From Spirochaetia bacterium (lineage in GTDB: Bacteria; Spirochaetota; Spirochaetia; CAKZLE01): DNA of 64,000 nt. Shown here piece by piece: positions 28,391 to 38,993 of this stretch (positions within the stretch are counted from its first letter, which is position 1; each line of letters opens with the position of its first letter). The translations under genes and the position numbers were made by a program. The notes below the pieces were generated by a model. It was given only the letters and a program-made list of their open reading frames with translations. It was not told where the DNA came from and ran no database searches. The DNA lies in NCBI GenBank assembly GCA_963677595.1, contig OY782041.1:480001-544000 (forward strand), read 5' to 3'.

Positions 28391-29231
28391 TGAACCCCTC
28401 GTCCACCAGGGCTTGCAGGCACTGCTCGATACGCTCACAGGGAAATGAGAGGGTATCGAGGATGGTCTGCCGGGATACCGGGCCACGCTCGGTGAAGATA
28501 GTGAGGAGCTCTCCCCTGATCTGGCGGTTCGAGTTCTCGAATGCACCCTGCTTCGTGTAGTGTGCACTCCTCCTGTTGGGGTTCGGGACCATCCGCTTGA
28601 GGAATACCCCGTAATCCATGAAGGCGTAGTACCAGTTCTTCGGGTCCTCCCGGTCGAGTACCTTCTCGAGCAGTCCGTAGAGTTCACGGTCCCGTACATT
28701 CTCTACCCCGTCGAAGAAGAAGTAGAGCAGGACACGGCGGATGTTGGTCTCAAGATAGAGGGACGGCATCCCGTAGGCGAATGCCAGTATGGCTGCGGAG
28801 GTTGCCGGGCCGACCATGGGAAGCTCAAGGAGCAGCTTCCCGTCTGCCGGCAGCGTCCCGTTGTACCGCTCAGCCGATATTTCAGCGATCTTCTTGAGGG
28901 CTAAGGCGCGTCGGTTGTAGCCGAGGCCCTTCCACCGTGAGAGGATCTCAGTCAGGGAAGCCGCTGCAAGGTCAGTGAGTGTCGGCCAATGCGTGAGGAA
29001 CTCCTCGTACTTCGGCAGCACCCGTTCGGTCTGTGTCTGCTGGAGCATCATCTCCGAGAGGAGGATATGGTAGGGATCCGAGCTCTCCCGCCAGGGGAAA
29101 GCCCGTTCATGTTCATGGTAATAGTCATAGATGATCGTACGGAACAGCTGTAGGGCTTCAGGCGAACCGGCCGCACCGGCAGGGAACGGCGGGGGGAGCC
29201 GGTCGAAGAGATCGCTGCCGCACCCCATCAT
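28338..29231 (-). CDS. mutY: MutY-like HhH-GPD adenine glycosylase lacking Fe-S cluster cysteines
   Basis: [35 protein letters not shown]; no Cys motif. Confidence 0.78.
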   Translation of the reverse strand: MMGCGSDLFDRLPPPFPAGAAGSPEALQLFRTIIYDYYHEHERAFPWRESSDPYHILLSEMMLQQTQTERVLPKYEEFLTHWPTLTDLAAASLTEILSRWKGLGYNRRALALKKIAEISAERYNGTLPADGKLLLELPMVGPATSAAILAFAYGMPSLYLETNIRRVLLYFFFDGVENVRDRELYGLLEKVLDREDPKNWYYAFMDYGVFLKRMVPNPNRRSAHYTKQGAFENSNRQIRGELLTIFTERGPVSRQTILDTLSFPCERIEQCLQALVDEGFITLEETAAETPPRYRIR

Positions 29232-30277
29232 TGCCTGCTCTTCTTCACCTTCTCAGCCTTCCTGCTGATCGAGTTCCAGACACCTGAGAGGCCCATGGCC
29301 TTCTTCATCATCTTGACTGTCTCCCGTGCCTCTGCACGCATCTTCTGCGTCCCGTCGAAGATGACTTCGTCAACCAGCCCTGAGACATTCTCAAATTCCG
29401 CACGCTTCTCCCGGATGGGGTCGAGCATGGTATTGATAGCGTTCGCGAGCTTCGTCTTGACCTCGACATCACCGACACGACCCTCTCGGTAGCGGGTCTT
29501 GAGGTCCTCGACCTCAGCCTTGTCGGGATTGAACACATCATGGTAGATGAAGACAGGATTGCCCTCGACGGTCCCGGGGATATCGGCGCGGATACGGTTC
29601 GGGTCGGTATACATACCGTTCACCTTCTTGGTCACCGTCTTCGCGTCATCGGAGATGTAGATGCAGTTGTTCAGGGACTTGGACATCTTCGCGTTCCCAT
29701 CGGTACCCACGAGGGACCCGACCTCCCCGACGAGGACATCGGGGACGGGGAAGACATCCCCGTAGAGGTAGTTGAACTTCCTCGCGATCTCACGGGTGAG
29801 CTCGACATGGGATTCGTTATCCTTTCCGACAGGGACAAGGTGGGCTCTCGGCATAAGGATGTCGGCAGCCTGGAGCACCGGGTACCCGAGCAGCCCGAAG
29901 GGCATCTCGTTGAGGTGTGCCGACTTCGCCATGTCCTTGAGGCTTGGGATCCGCTGCAGCCTCGGCACCGATACCATCATCTCGAAGAGCAGGTTCATCT
30001 CATAGATCTCTGGGACAGCTGACTGGAGGTAGATGACCGACTTCTGCGGGTCGATCCCGCAGGAGAGGTAATCGAGCACCATCGCCCGGGCGTTGCCTGC
30101 CAGCTCCGCGATACTCTCCTTCTGGGGTTTCGTCGTCAGGGTGTGCAGGTCCGCTATGATGAAGAAGCACTCATACTCATGCTGAAGGCGGACCCGGTTC
30201 TGCAGTGAGCCGAGATAGTGTCCAAGATGCAGTTTCCCGGTAGGTCTGTCACCGGTCAATATTCGTTTACGTTCCAT
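29228..30277 (-). CDS. trpS: Tryptophanyl-tRNA synthetase
   Basis: [27 protein letters not shown]. Confidence 0.97.
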   Translation of the reverse strand: MERKRILTGDRPTGKLHLGHYLGSLQNRVRLQHEYECFFIIADLHTLTTKPQKESIAELAGNARAMVLDYLSCGIDPQKSVIYLQSAVPEIYEMNLLFEMMVSVPRLQRIPSLKDMAKSAHLNEMPFGLLGYPVLQAADILMPRAHLVPVGKDNESHVELTREIARKFNYLYGDVFPVPDVLVGEVGSLVGTDGNAKMSKSLNNCIYISDDAKTVTKKVNGMYTDPNRIRADIPGTVEGNPVFIYHDVFNPDKAEVEDLKTRYREGRVGDVEVKTKLANAINTMLDPIREKRAEFENVSGLVDEVIFDGTQKMRAEARETVKMMKKAMGLSGVWNSISRKAEKVKKSRQ

Positions 30278-30379
30278 GATTAGTCCTCTTGTATCTGATG
30301 AGATGGTGATCTCGCAGGTGTATTGTTGTTTCAGATGAGTATAGTCCCAGAAGGGTTTTTTATCTACCCCCTCCTGGGT

Positions 30380-31528
30380 TCAATCATCGACGCCCGGGCT
30401 CGGGTGCCGCTTGTTCCGCCGGGCAAGCCGCTCGCGGGCATACCGCTCCTTACGCTTCTGTTCCGCGATCTCTATCTGCTTGCGGTACTGCTTGCCGCTG
30501 CTCAGGAGCACGGCGATCGGTTTGAGCTCCTTGACGTTGGCACAGAAGATCTGCATGGCGGCAGTCATGGGAACGGCGAGGAACATCCCGGCGATCCCCC
30601 AGATGTAGCCCCAGAGAGCCAGGGAGACGAGGATGATGAAGGGACTCAGGTTGAGCTGGTTGCCCTGCACCCTTGGGTCGAGGATGTTCCCGAGGACGAT
30701 CTGGATCGAGGCCATGAGTACAGCCACATAGAGGACTGAAGCATAGTCAGGGTAGTACTGCACGATCGCGAGGAGGATCGTGGTGAGGGTGACGATGATC
30801 GACCCGATGGTCGGGATGAAGTTCATGACGAAGGCAAGGACGCCGATGATGAAGGCGAAATCGAGCCTGGTCGCTACCGCCGCAAGGTAGAAGAGCACCC
30901 CGGTACTGATACTGATCAGGGACTTGATCGTGAGGTATTTCGAGATCTGCCGGTTGATGCGCTCGAACATGACGGCGAGCCGTACCCAGCCATGGTTCGG
31001 CATGGCGATCTTGAGCTTCGGGATCAGGGACTGGCGTTCAAGCAGCAGGAAGAGGACGAAGATGAAGACCAGGAACGCATAGGAGAATATGTTCACCGCC
31101 TGCCCGGACAGGTCGGAGAGGACGGTCAGGAAGACACCCTGCCAGTTCACCGAGAGCGACTCGATGAAGCTTATATCGGTGGAGAGGTTCAACAGGTTGG
31201 TCAGGGATGAGTCGACCCTCTGGATGAGCATCGAGATCCTTGCCGCGTAGACCGGCAGCTCGAGGATGAGGGTGTTCACGGCATAGGAGACGAAGAAGAT
31301 CATGGCGAGGAATACGAGGACGAGGAGGATCATCGCCAGGCAGATCGCGAGCCACCTGGGGAAGCGCATCTTCTCGAGCCTGTTCACGAAGGGGTTCAGG
31401 ATGAAGAAGCAGAAGACCGAGATTACGAGCGGCAGCGTCACCGAGACGGCAAGTTTCAGGACCAGTCCGATGGCTATGGCAGCTACGATGTATACTAACG
31501 ATTTGAGTGATCTTTCGTATAGTCCCAT
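30380..31528 (-). CDS. AI-2E family transporter
   Basis: NFIPTIGS, GNILDPR, WGYIWGIAGMFLAVP; start moved to MGLYER behind TTGCCA-17-TATAGT. Confidence 0.88.
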   Translation of the reverse strand: MGLYERSLKSLVYIVAAIAIGLVLKLAVSVTLPLVISVFCFFILNPFVNRLEKMRFPRWLAICLAMILLVLVFLAMIFFVSYAVNTLILELPVYAARISMLIQRVDSSLTNLLNLSTDISFIESLSVNWQGVFLTVLSDLSGQAVNIFSYAFLVFIFVLFLLLERQSLIPKLKIAMPNHGWVRLAVMFERINRQISKYLTIKSLISISTGVLFYLAAVATRLDFAFIIGVLAFVMNFIPTIGSIIVTLTTILLAIVQYYPDYASVLYVAVLMASIQIVLGNILDPRVQGNQLNLSPFIILVSLALWGYIWGIAGMFLAVPMTAAMQIFCANVKELKPIAVLLSSGKQYRKQIEIAEQKRKERYARERLARRNKRHPSPGVDD

Positions 31529-31583
31529 GAATTCACTATAATCCACCTTGGAAAACATGGCAATATCTGATAACTATACAGGT

Positions 31584-32312
31584 ATGAAAAGTTCTTCCAA
31601 ACGGCTTGACAGGATACAGATCGTCCTCGTGGAGACCCAGGATGCCGCGAATATCGGGGCTGTCTGCAGGGCTATGAAGACCATGGGCATATCGAGGCTC
31701 GCCATCGTCAGCGGGGAATCCTACGATATAGACCGGATCAAGACACTCAGCCTCCATGCCTATGACCTCTACGAGAACCACCGCAGGTTCGACACGCTCG
31801 AGGAGGCCCTGAAGGACAGCACCCTCTCAGCAGGTGCTACCCGCAGGAGGGGGAAGTTCCGGAAGTACTTCTCCCTCTACCCGGAACAGTTCGCGCAGAA
31901 GGTAGAGGAATCAGGTTCTGAAGGCCTGGTATCGATCGTCTTCGGGAGGGAGTCAAGCGGGCTGTCTGACGAGGAACTCGCTGCCTGCGACCTGGCGCTG
32001 AACATACCATCCTCCCCTGCATTCCCAAGCCTCAACCTCTCCCAGGCAGTACAGGTGATCACCTACACACTCTTCCGCACCCTTACTCCGAAGGCAGGGT
32101 ACCTGCCGATCGACCGGGAGCGGCTCGACGGGGTGACCGGTACGATTGCCGATTCATTCGAGCAGATCGATTTCTACAAGCAGGATGAGCAGGAGGAGGT
32201 CCGGCGTTTCTTCCGGGACATCCTCGGGCGGGCAGCCCTCTCAGAGGCTGAGGCGGCACGGGTCGAGAAGATGTTCACCAAGATGGCAAGGATCAAGATC
32301 CATAAGTCATGA
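31584..32312 (+). CDS. trmJ: TrmJ/LasT-type SPOUT RNA methyltransferase
   Basis: NIGAVCRAMKTMG, VFGRESSGL, SLNLSQAV; start uncertain. Confidence 0.85.
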   Translation: MKSSSKRLDRIQIVLVETQDAANIGAVCRAMKTMGISRLAIVSGESYDIDRIKTLSLHAYDLYENHRRFDTLEEALKDSTLSAGATRRRGKFRKYFSLYPEQFAQKVEESGSEGLVSIVFGRESSGLSDEELAACDLALNIPSSPAFPSLNLSQAVQVITYTLFRTLTPKAGYLPIDRERLDGVTGTIADSFEQIDFYKQDEQEEVRRFFRDILGRAALSEAEAARVEKMFTKMARIKIHKS

Positions 32313-32352
32313 GTACCGTGATAGAATAGGACATACGAACCAGGAGGCTGGA

Positions 32353-33269
32353 GTGAAGAGTATAGAGAAGAGAATCAACGCGTTCGGGTACCTCGATGAG
32401 CTCATCGAAGGCTATGAGGCCTCATCCGGGGCGAACTTCATCAACGAGCGGAGGCTTCCCAACCTGCTGGCGATCAAGAACATCCTCGACACGCTGTTGG
32501 AGATCCTCTTTCCCGGGGTCTCCGGCTCCCGGGACATCACGAGCGACAACCTCGTCTTCGTGATCGGGGACCTTCTGAGCACTGTCCGGTCCGAGCTGCG
32601 GGATCAGATCGCCATGGCCTTCAAGCACCAGTGCAACGAGAAGGAGTGCGGCCATACGCTCTGCGACGATAAGGCGGACACCGCCGCGGATACCCTGCTC
32701 GGCAGGCTCCCCGCGATCCGGAGATCCTCAAGGAGGATGTGGCAGCAGCCTATGCGGGGGATCCCGCAGCAACCTCAGAAGAGGAGGTGGTCATCTGCTA
32801 CCCCGGGGTGCGGGCCCTTGCCATCCACCGGTTATCACATGAACTCTACAAGCTCGGGATACCCCTCATACCCCGGATGATGAGCGAGACCGCCCATAAG
32901 GAGACCGGGATAGACATCCACCCCGGGGCTCAGATCGAGGAGGGATTCTTCATCGACCACGGCACCGGTGTGGTCATCGGGGAGACGACGATCATCGGCA
33001 GGCATGTCAAACTCTACCAGGGGGTAACCCTCGGGGCCTTGAGTTTCCCGAAGGATGACCGGGGCAACCTCGTCAGGGGCCAGAAGCGACACCCGACTAT
33101 CGGGGACAACGTCACGATCTATGCCCATGCCACCATCCTCGGGGATGTGACCATCGAGAACGGGGCTGTCATCGGGGGTAATGTCTGGCTGAAAGAGGAT
33201 GTCGATGCCCATACGGTCGTGACCAGTGAGGAACGCCCGGTCAACTACTTCAAGAAATCTAGGAAGTGA
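32353..33269 (+). pseudogene. cysE: Serine O-acetyltransferase (EpsC/CysE type) split by a 1-bp deletion at about 32720
   Basis: SD plus GTG start; adding one G to ATC CG GAG restores [19 protein letters not shown]; C-terminal half has [25 protein letters not shown]. Confidence 0.85.
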
Positions 33270-34359
33270 GCAGCGTATCGATGATCCCGCCGCCGAGCAC
33301 ATAATCCCCGCAGTAGAAGACTGCCGACTGTCCCGGGGTGACCGAGGCGGGCTCGTCAAGCTGGACGAGGATCCGGTCAGACATCCGTGCGATCCTGCAC
33401 GGCCTCTCCGGTGAGTTGTACCGGATCTTCACCATGATCCGGCCCTCTTCGGCCAGTTGGGCAGTACGGTCGGCTGGGATGAACCAGTTCTCGTCAGTGA
33501 GACTGAACATGTCATCGAGCAGGGACTCCTGCCTCCCGACAACCACCTGGTTCTTTGCAGGATCGAGCCGCTTCACATACCAGGGACCGTTCCCCAGTCC
33601 CAGGCCCTGCCGCTGCCCGATGGTATAGAACATGTACCCGCGGTGGGTGCCGAGCCGGTTGCCCTCCTCATCCACGATCGGTCCCTCACGGCGCACTACC
33701 TTCTCAGAGAATATCTCGATGAGCTTGTCGGTGTATTTCCCCGGGATGAAGCAGATATCCTGGCTCTCCTTCACGCTAGAGTTGGGGAAGCCCTCCCTCA
33801 GGGCGATCTCGACGATCTCCTCCTTCGTATACTCCCCAAGCGGGAACCGTACATGGGGGAGGATCTCCTTCGGGATGCGGTAGAGCATGTAGGACTGGTC
33901 CTTCTTACGATCTTTCCCCTTCTCCACACAGACATGTCCATCGAAGGTCGAGACCCTGGCATAATGGCCGGTTGCGAAGAGGAGGTCTTCAGGATCTGCA
34001 CAGATCCCGGAGGTGAGTGCCTGTTCCCGGCACCGTTCGAAGAAGGCCGTGAACCTGATCCGCTCGTTACAGCGGACACAGGGGTTGGGGGTCCTCCCGT
34101 CATAGTACTCATGGGCGAAGTCATCGATGACCGCCTCATTGAAGGCATCGACCATATTGAACCGCCAGTACGGGATGCCGAACCGTTCGGCGAGCCGTGC
34201 AGCCCTCCCGAGCGTCTCGTCATTGCAGGTCAGCGAATCCGTACAGATATCATGGGAAGCGCCGATAAGGCAGGGGTACTCTTTTCCAAGCAGGTAGAGC
34301 GCGACCGAGGAGTCCACTCCCCCGCTCATCCCGACTATCACACATTGCTCATTACTCAT
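33259..34359 (-). CDS. mnmA: tRNA 2-thiouridylase
   Basis: [46 protein letters not shown]. Confidence 0.96.
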   Translation of the reverse strand: MSNEQCVIVGMSGGVDSSVALYLLGKEYPCLIGASHDICTDSLTCNDETLGRAARLAERFGIPYWRFNMVDAFNEAVIDDFAHEYYDGRTPNPCVRCNERIRFTAFFERCREQALTSGICADPEDLLFATGHYARVSTFDGHVCVEKGKDRKKDQSYMLYRIPKEILPHVRFPLGEYTKEEIVEIALREGFPNSSVKESQDICFIPGKYTDKLIEIFSEKVVRREGPIVDEEGNRLGTHRGYMFYTIGQRQGLGLGNGPWYVKRLDPAKNQVVVGRQESLLDDMFSLTDENWFIPADRTAQLAEEGRIMVKIRYNSPERPCRIARMSDRILVQLDEPASVTPGQSAVFYCGDYVLGGGIIDTLLTS

Positions 34360-34398
34360 ACCCCATCATACGGGAAACACCGGACTCTTGCAATCTGC

Positions 34399-35766
34399 TT
34401 ATACCGAGGTAAGGATCCTGCCGCCGCAGGGCGGTATGCTGACCCAACTCACCCCGTTCTCGATATAGATCCGTTCTCCCCCCGCAAGGCGGTCGGTGAA
34501 GAACCGCCTGTCATGGACGCCGGAGAGCTGGATATGAACCGGCTCGCCGGTCATGTTTATCAGCACCACGGTCTCCTCATCCCCATAGCCTCGACAGAAG
34601 CCGAAGTACCCGTTGGAGAGGACCGCCTGGCGGTAGTCCCCGTACCGGAGGGCGGGATCCGATCCCCTGATATCGATCAGCTGGCCGATGAATGACGCAA
34701 GCGCATCATCTCCCTCGAACCCGGGACTCAGGCGGGGGCGAAGTCCCCGGTCCGAGGTCCCGGTCCTCTTTCCGGTCATACCCTTCTCGCTCCCGTAATA
34801 GACAGACGGGACCCCGGGCATCGTCATCAGCAGGAGGTAGAGGGTATGCAGGTGCTTCTTCTCATGGAGGAGACTCGCTACCCGGTCCACGTCATGGTTG
34901 TCCACGAAATTGTAGAGCGGGCGTCCCTTCGAGATCCCCTCGCTGCCGAACTGCCTGCCAAGCTCGTAGGCGATCTCAAAACAGTTCAGGTCATTGTGTG
35001 AGGAGTAGAGCGCCTTATAACACTGGTAGTTGGTAACGGAGTCCAGCATGTCGTAGGTACGGTAGTCCCCGTGGATCACCTCCCCGAGCAGGATGAAGTC
35101 CTCCCGGCAGGAGCGGCAGACAGCCCTGAGTTCCCGCATGAAGTCCTTATCGAGGCAGTAGGCCACATCGAGGCGGAGACCCGAGATCCCGAAGTCATCG
35201 ATCCAGCCCCGTACGGCAGAGAAGAGGTATTCCCGCAGCCCGCGGTTCCCCAGGTTCAGCTCCACCAGTTCAGGATGTCCCTCCCAGCACCGGTAGGAGA
35301 AGGGCTCGTACCCGTTCGGTTTGGAAAGATCGATGTAGAACCAGTCCAGGTAGGGGGAGGCCTCCCCCCTGGCGATCACGTCCTGGAACGCGAAGAACCC
35401 CTTCCCCACATGGTTGAACACCCCATCGAACATCAGCCGGATGCCGGAAGAAGCGAACTGGCCTGCCGCCCATATCATGTCCTCCCGTGAGCCAAGCCGT
35501 CTGTCTATCTGCAGGAAATCGACCGTATCATAGCCGTGGTACTCGGACTCTAAGACAGGTCCGAGCAGCAGGGTATCGAAGCCGGACTCCTGCAGGTACG
35601 GGATCCACCCCGTGAGCTGGGCGAGCCTGTTCACGTGCGGATCTCTATCCGCATCGAGCGCACCGAGCATCCCTAGCGGGTAGCTGTGGTAGATGCAGGC
35701 ATCCTCGAACCAGCTGTGTGCTCCATCATTATCAATATACTTACCATTCGGTATATTCGTGTTCAT
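34399..35766 (-). CDS. GH13 alpha-amylase-family glycosidase (cyclomaltodextrinase-like)
   Basis: HGYDT, DGVFNHVG, GLRLDVA, GEVIHG, FVDNHD, YYGSE. Confidence 0.9.
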   Translation of the reverse strand: MNTNIPNGKYIDNDGAHSWFEDACIYHSYPLGMLGALDADRDPHVNRLAQLTGWIPYLQESGFDTLLLGPVLESEYHGYDTVDFLQIDRRLGSREDMIWAAGQFASSGIRLMFDGVFNHVGKGFFAFQDVIARGEASPYLDWFYIDLSKPNGYEPFSYRCWEGHPELVELNLGNRGLREYLFSAVRGWIDDFGISGLRLDVAYCLDKDFMRELRAVCRSCREDFILLGEVIHGDYRTYDMLDSVTNYQCYKALYSSHNDLNCFEIAYELGRQFGSEGISKGRPLYNFVDNHDVDRVASLLHEKKHLHTLYLLLMTMPGVPSVYYGSEKGMTGKRTGTSDRGLRPRLSPGFEGDDALASFIGQLIDIRGSDPALRYGDYRQAVLSNGYFGFCRGYGDEETVVLINMTGEPVHIQLSGVHDRRFFTDRLAGGERIYIENGVSWVSIPPCGGRILTSV

Positions 35767-35785
35767 AAAAAATATCCATCTCCTC

Positions 35786-36364
35786 TCACAATGAATAGAT
35801 CCCGTACATGTACTGCTTGATCACGGCCTCTGGACTCCACTGGCCGCCATTCTTCCCGGAGTACAGCTGATGGAGCAGGAAGTTGTTCAGGGTCCCGGTA
35901 AGGATCAAAGCCAGCAGCTCCTCATGGCCCCTGAGGTTCCCGTGCTCCGGGACGGAGCGTACGAAGAGGTCCCGGAAGACACCCCTGAAGCGCTCCATGA
36001 AGGGGGAGATCACCGAGCTAGCCGCATGTGTTGCGGGAAGGTAGGTACAGGAGAGCTGGAGGGAGGCCGAAGCCCTGTGGTCCAGGCCATACCGGGAGAA
36101 GACAGTCGCCAGGTCGACCAGCACCTTCGCGAGGTCCCCGGAATACCCTGCAGCCGTCGCCTCGAGCGCCCTCAGCAGCGGTTCGAAGTGATTCCTGCAT
36201 ACTGCATCAAGGAGCCCCTGCTTGCTGGAAAAGTAGTAGTAGAGGGTAGGTTTCGTTACCTCCGCGGCATCGACGATCTCCTGAATACCCACAGCGTCAT
36301 AACCTTTCTCGGAGAAGAGTCGTGTTGCTGCTGAGATGAGGATCTCCCGTTTCGTCTGTTCCAT
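35786..36364 (-). CDS. TetR/AcrR family regulator
   Basis: HTH EIVDAAEVTKPTLYYYFSSK; start moved to MEQTKR. Confidence 0.92.
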   Translation of the reverse strand: MEQTKREILISAATRLFSEKGYDAVGIQEIVDAAEVTKPTLYYYFSSKQGLLDAVCRNHFEPLLRALEATAAGYSGDLAKVLVDLATVFSRYGLDHRASASLQLSCTYLPATHAASSVISPFMERFRGVFRDLFVRSVPEHGNLRGHEELLALILTGTLNNFLLHQLYSGKNGGQWSPEAVIKQYMYGIYSL

Positions 36365-36370
36365 ACGGCT

Positions 36371-36438
36371 ATTATATACCGAACGGTAAGTAAGTGTCAA
36401 GGGTTTTTAATTGACACCTACCCTCTTTCAGGTACAAT
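36371..36438. promoter_or_regulatory. Back-to-back promoters with a TetR-type operator
   Basis: Minus strand TTGACA-18-TATAAT with palindrome TACCG-AA-CGGTA (36377-36388) in the spacer; plus strand TTGACA (36411)-16-TACAAT. Confidence 0.75.
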
Positions 36439-36445
36439 GGTCACT

Positions 36446-37264
36446 ATGAACAGATCCTTCTTTTCACCAATACCCAGGATCCTCGCCCACAGGGGAGACT
36501 CGGCATGCTACCCGGAGAACACCCTTCCCGCCTTCGAGAGCGCCAGGGACCTCGGGGTAGATGTCATCGAGACCGATGTCCATATCACGAAGGACGGCAA
36601 GGTCATCATCTGGCATGATGACACCCTTGACCGAGAAACCAACGGATCAGGGATCGTGGAAGCCCACACGATGACTGAACTCCTCTCTCTCGATGCCGGG
36701 TATAACTTCTCCAACGATGACAGTCTTTCCTTCCCTTTCCGGGGAAAGGGGGTCAAGATGCTCCCCTTCGAGGAGGCCCTTGAGGCCCTCCCTGACATGC
36801 GGTTCAACGTGGACCTGAAGACGAAGGACACAGCACTCGGGGATGCCTTCATCGAGATCGTACGGAGACAGAAGGCCCAGGACCGGGTCCTCTGTGCGAG
36901 CTTCCACTCTTCCAACCTCCTTCATGTCCGGAAGGCTGCCCCTGAGATAGGGACGAGCATGGCGACCGGGGAGGTGCTCAAACTCCTCCTGCTCCAGAAG
37001 CTCCACCTGCCGGTCAGGAAGGAAGCCATCCCGGGGATCGCTTTCCAGGTCCCGGTGAGCCAGGGACCGATCACAGTGATCACCCCTGGGTTCATCCGGA
37101 GGTTCCACGAGTTAGGGCTGTTCATCCAGGTATGGACGATAAACGATGCAGATGAGATGCAGAGGCTGCTCACTCTGGGTGTGGACGGGATCTTCACTGA
37201 CGATCCAAGGCTCCTGCTGGAGGTCGCGGGAAGAAATGAGGCCTCAGGCGGGTCAAACGGATGA
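36446..37264 (+). CDS. Glycerophosphodiester phosphodiesterase
   Basis: AHRG, PENT, IETDV, HD, VWTIN, GIFTDDP. Confidence 0.93.
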   Translation: MNRSFFSPIPRILAHRGDSACYPENTLPAFESARDLGVDVIETDVHITKDGKVIIWHDDTLDRETNGSGIVEAHTMTELLSLDAGYNFSNDDSLSFPFRGKGVKMLPFEEALEALPDMRFNVDLKTKDTALGDAFIEIVRRQKAQDRVLCASFHSSNLLHVRKAAPEIGTSMATGEVLKLLLLQKLHLPVRKEAIPGIAFQVPVSQGPITVITPGFIRRFHELGLFIQVWTINDADEMQRLLTLGVDGIFTDDPRLLLEVAGRNEASGGSNG

Positions 37265-38121
37265 GCAGACAGGTCATCTGTGAGCCAGTGCTCACGACAA
37301 AGCAGGTCGAGGATATCCTCCAGCTCTATGCTCTATGCAATGCCGAAGATTCCACTTCCTACACCTTCGACCCAGAAGATAATTTCAGGAAGGGGGATGA
37401 GGTGAACACCTTCGGCCTCTATGAGGGGGACAGGCTCATCGCTGCCCTCACGATCTTCGCCCCCACGCAGCGGGAAGCGGAGATCACCGCACTTACCCTC
37501 CCCGGGAAGAGGAGGTCAGGCTGCTTCAGCTCACTCATGAGGTATGCGCTAAAAGAGATCCAGCGCCGAGGGATCGTATCCATCCTCCTGGTATGTGATG
37601 CGGAATCAGAAGACGGGTTGGGAACCATCTCCGGTATGGGTGCAGCATACGAATACTCCGAGTACCTGATGGCCTACCGGGCAGGGACGCCAGCGGTCAC
37701 AAGGTCAGGAGTGGCCGTATCAGAAGCAGTACCATCGGAGAGAGAGCGGCTGGCATACATCAACCATGCAGCCTTCAGCAGTGACCTGTCCGAAGCGCGG
37801 AGTATCATAGACGAGTTCCTGCACAGCACACGAAGGAGGCTGTACACCATCAGGTTCAACGAGGACATCGTCGGCATGATCGGTGTCTATGACGAATCTA
37901 CCCGGGAGTATTTGTACGGGTTCTGCATCGAACCGAAGTTCCAGCATATGGGTATCGGGAGCCATGCATTAGCAGAGGCTGTGAGGACCTGCTCACATGG
38001 AGAGAAGGAGATCACTCTGGAGGTCCAGGCAGGTAACAGGCATGCGCTGCGCGTCTATGAACGTGCAGGTTTCGCTGTACAAGCTGAATTCAGGTATTAT
38101 CGTATGGGAATGCAGGTATGA
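37261..38121 (+). CDS. Tandem GNAT acetyltransferase
   Basis: Two GNAT-like halves; FQHMGIG and N..A..VYERAGF. Confidence 0.85.
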   Translation: MSRQVICEPVLTTKQVEDILQLYALCNAEDSTSYTFDPEDNFRKGDEVNTFGLYEGDRLIAALTIFAPTQREAEITALTLPGKRRSGCFSSLMRYALKEIQRRGIVSILLVCDAESEDGLGTISGMGAAYEYSEYLMAYRAGTPAVTRSGVAVSEAVPSERERLAYINHAAFSSDLSEARSIIDEFLHSTRRRLYTIRFNEDIVGMIGVYDESTREYLYGFCIEPKFQHMGIGSHALAEAVRTCSHGEKEITLEVQAGNRHALRVYERAGFAVQAEFRYYRMGMQV

Positions 38122-38136
38122 GGGGCTTAAAACAAT

Positions 38137-38164
38137 TCAGCCATCCGATTGCTCGAATGGCTGA
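38137..38164. terminator. Hairpin between convergent GNAT and tRNA-Asp
   Basis: TCAGCCAT...ATGGCTGA inverted repeat. Confidence 0.55.
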
Positions 38165-38169
38165 TGTGT

Positions 38170-38243
38170 CGGGAGCGACGGGGATTGAACCCGCGATCTC
38201 CGGCTTGACAGGCCGGCGCGATAACCAGCTTCGCCACGCCCCC
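38170..38243 (-). tRNA. tRNA-Asp(GTC)
   Basis: GGGGGCG/CGCTCCC acceptor stem, CCGGC-CTGTCAA-GCCGG anticodon arm, GGTTCAATCC T-arm; CCA not encoded. Confidence 0.97.
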
Positions 38244-38280
38244 TTGACTTGAAAGAATTTGCCCTATTTGCCCGGTTTTG

Positions 38281-38925
38281 TCAACCCTTTTGCGTGAAAA
38301 TGGCCCCGTTTTTTCCGCACTCCCCTACTGTAAGGGATAACTCTTTTCCCAGTATAGAGAAAGAGTCAATTGAGAAAAAGGAGATGTGAGTCGGGTCCTC
38401 CTTGTACCACCAGGAGCTGAAGGCTTCCTGATCCATGTTCCCAGTGGTCATGGTCCTGATGACCATCCGTCCTCCAGGAGCCAACAAATCTCCCAAGCGG
38501 GAGAGTGTATCGACTGGATCGGCAAGGTGTTCGATGACCTCGAGCAGGATGATGAGGTCATACTGCTTTTCGGAATACGAGGGGTCCTCACAGAAGTAGC
38601 GGTCGTATGAAGTAACCTCGAACCCCAGCCTGCGAAGCAGGATGGACAGGACCGGTTCTGGTCCTGAACCGAAGTCGAGGATCGATGCTCCTATGGGGCA
38701 GTTCGGCAGGACCGACTGTTTGATGAACTTCTCAAGATAGGCAATATACCCGGTATTCTCGAAGCTGTTGTCATGCAGCAGGTACCGCTGCTTCTCATCA
38801 GGCTCACCGAGCCTGCAGGATTCATCCAGCTGGATAAATCCGCAGTGTTCACAGCGATGGTACCTCCGCGTACCGCGTGAATAGAACAGTGAGAAGCTTT
38901 CAGATATGCAGACAGGACATACCAT
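38281..38925 (-). CDS. Class I SAM-dependent methyltransferase with N-terminal Zn finger
   Basis: CPVC...CEHC; LDFGSGP; EVIEHL; WWYKEDPTH. Confidence 0.88.
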   Translation of the reverse strand: MVCPVCISESFSLFYSRGTRRYHRCEHCGFIQLDESCRLGEPDEKQRYLLHDNSFENTGYIAYLEKFIKQSVLPNCPIGASILDFGSGPEPVLSILLRRLGFEVTSYDRYFCEDPSYSEKQYDLIILLEVIEHLADPVDTLSRLGDLLAPGGRMVIRTMTTGNMDQEAFSSWWYKEDPTHISFFSIDSFSILGKELSLTVGECGKNGAIFTQKG

Positions 38926-38993
38926 CTGTACATCATAGCAAACTATTTGCTTTCCTGGTACTCCCCCCGTATACTGTGATCAAGGAGGCGTCT

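Noticed and set aside
30278-30379. T-box riboswitch upstream of trpS
   Set aside because: Leader of only about 60 nt after TATACT; no T-box consensus or specifier stem
32715-32740. Programmed frameshift in cysE
   Set aside because: No slippery heptamer or known recoding in this family; a simple indel is more likely
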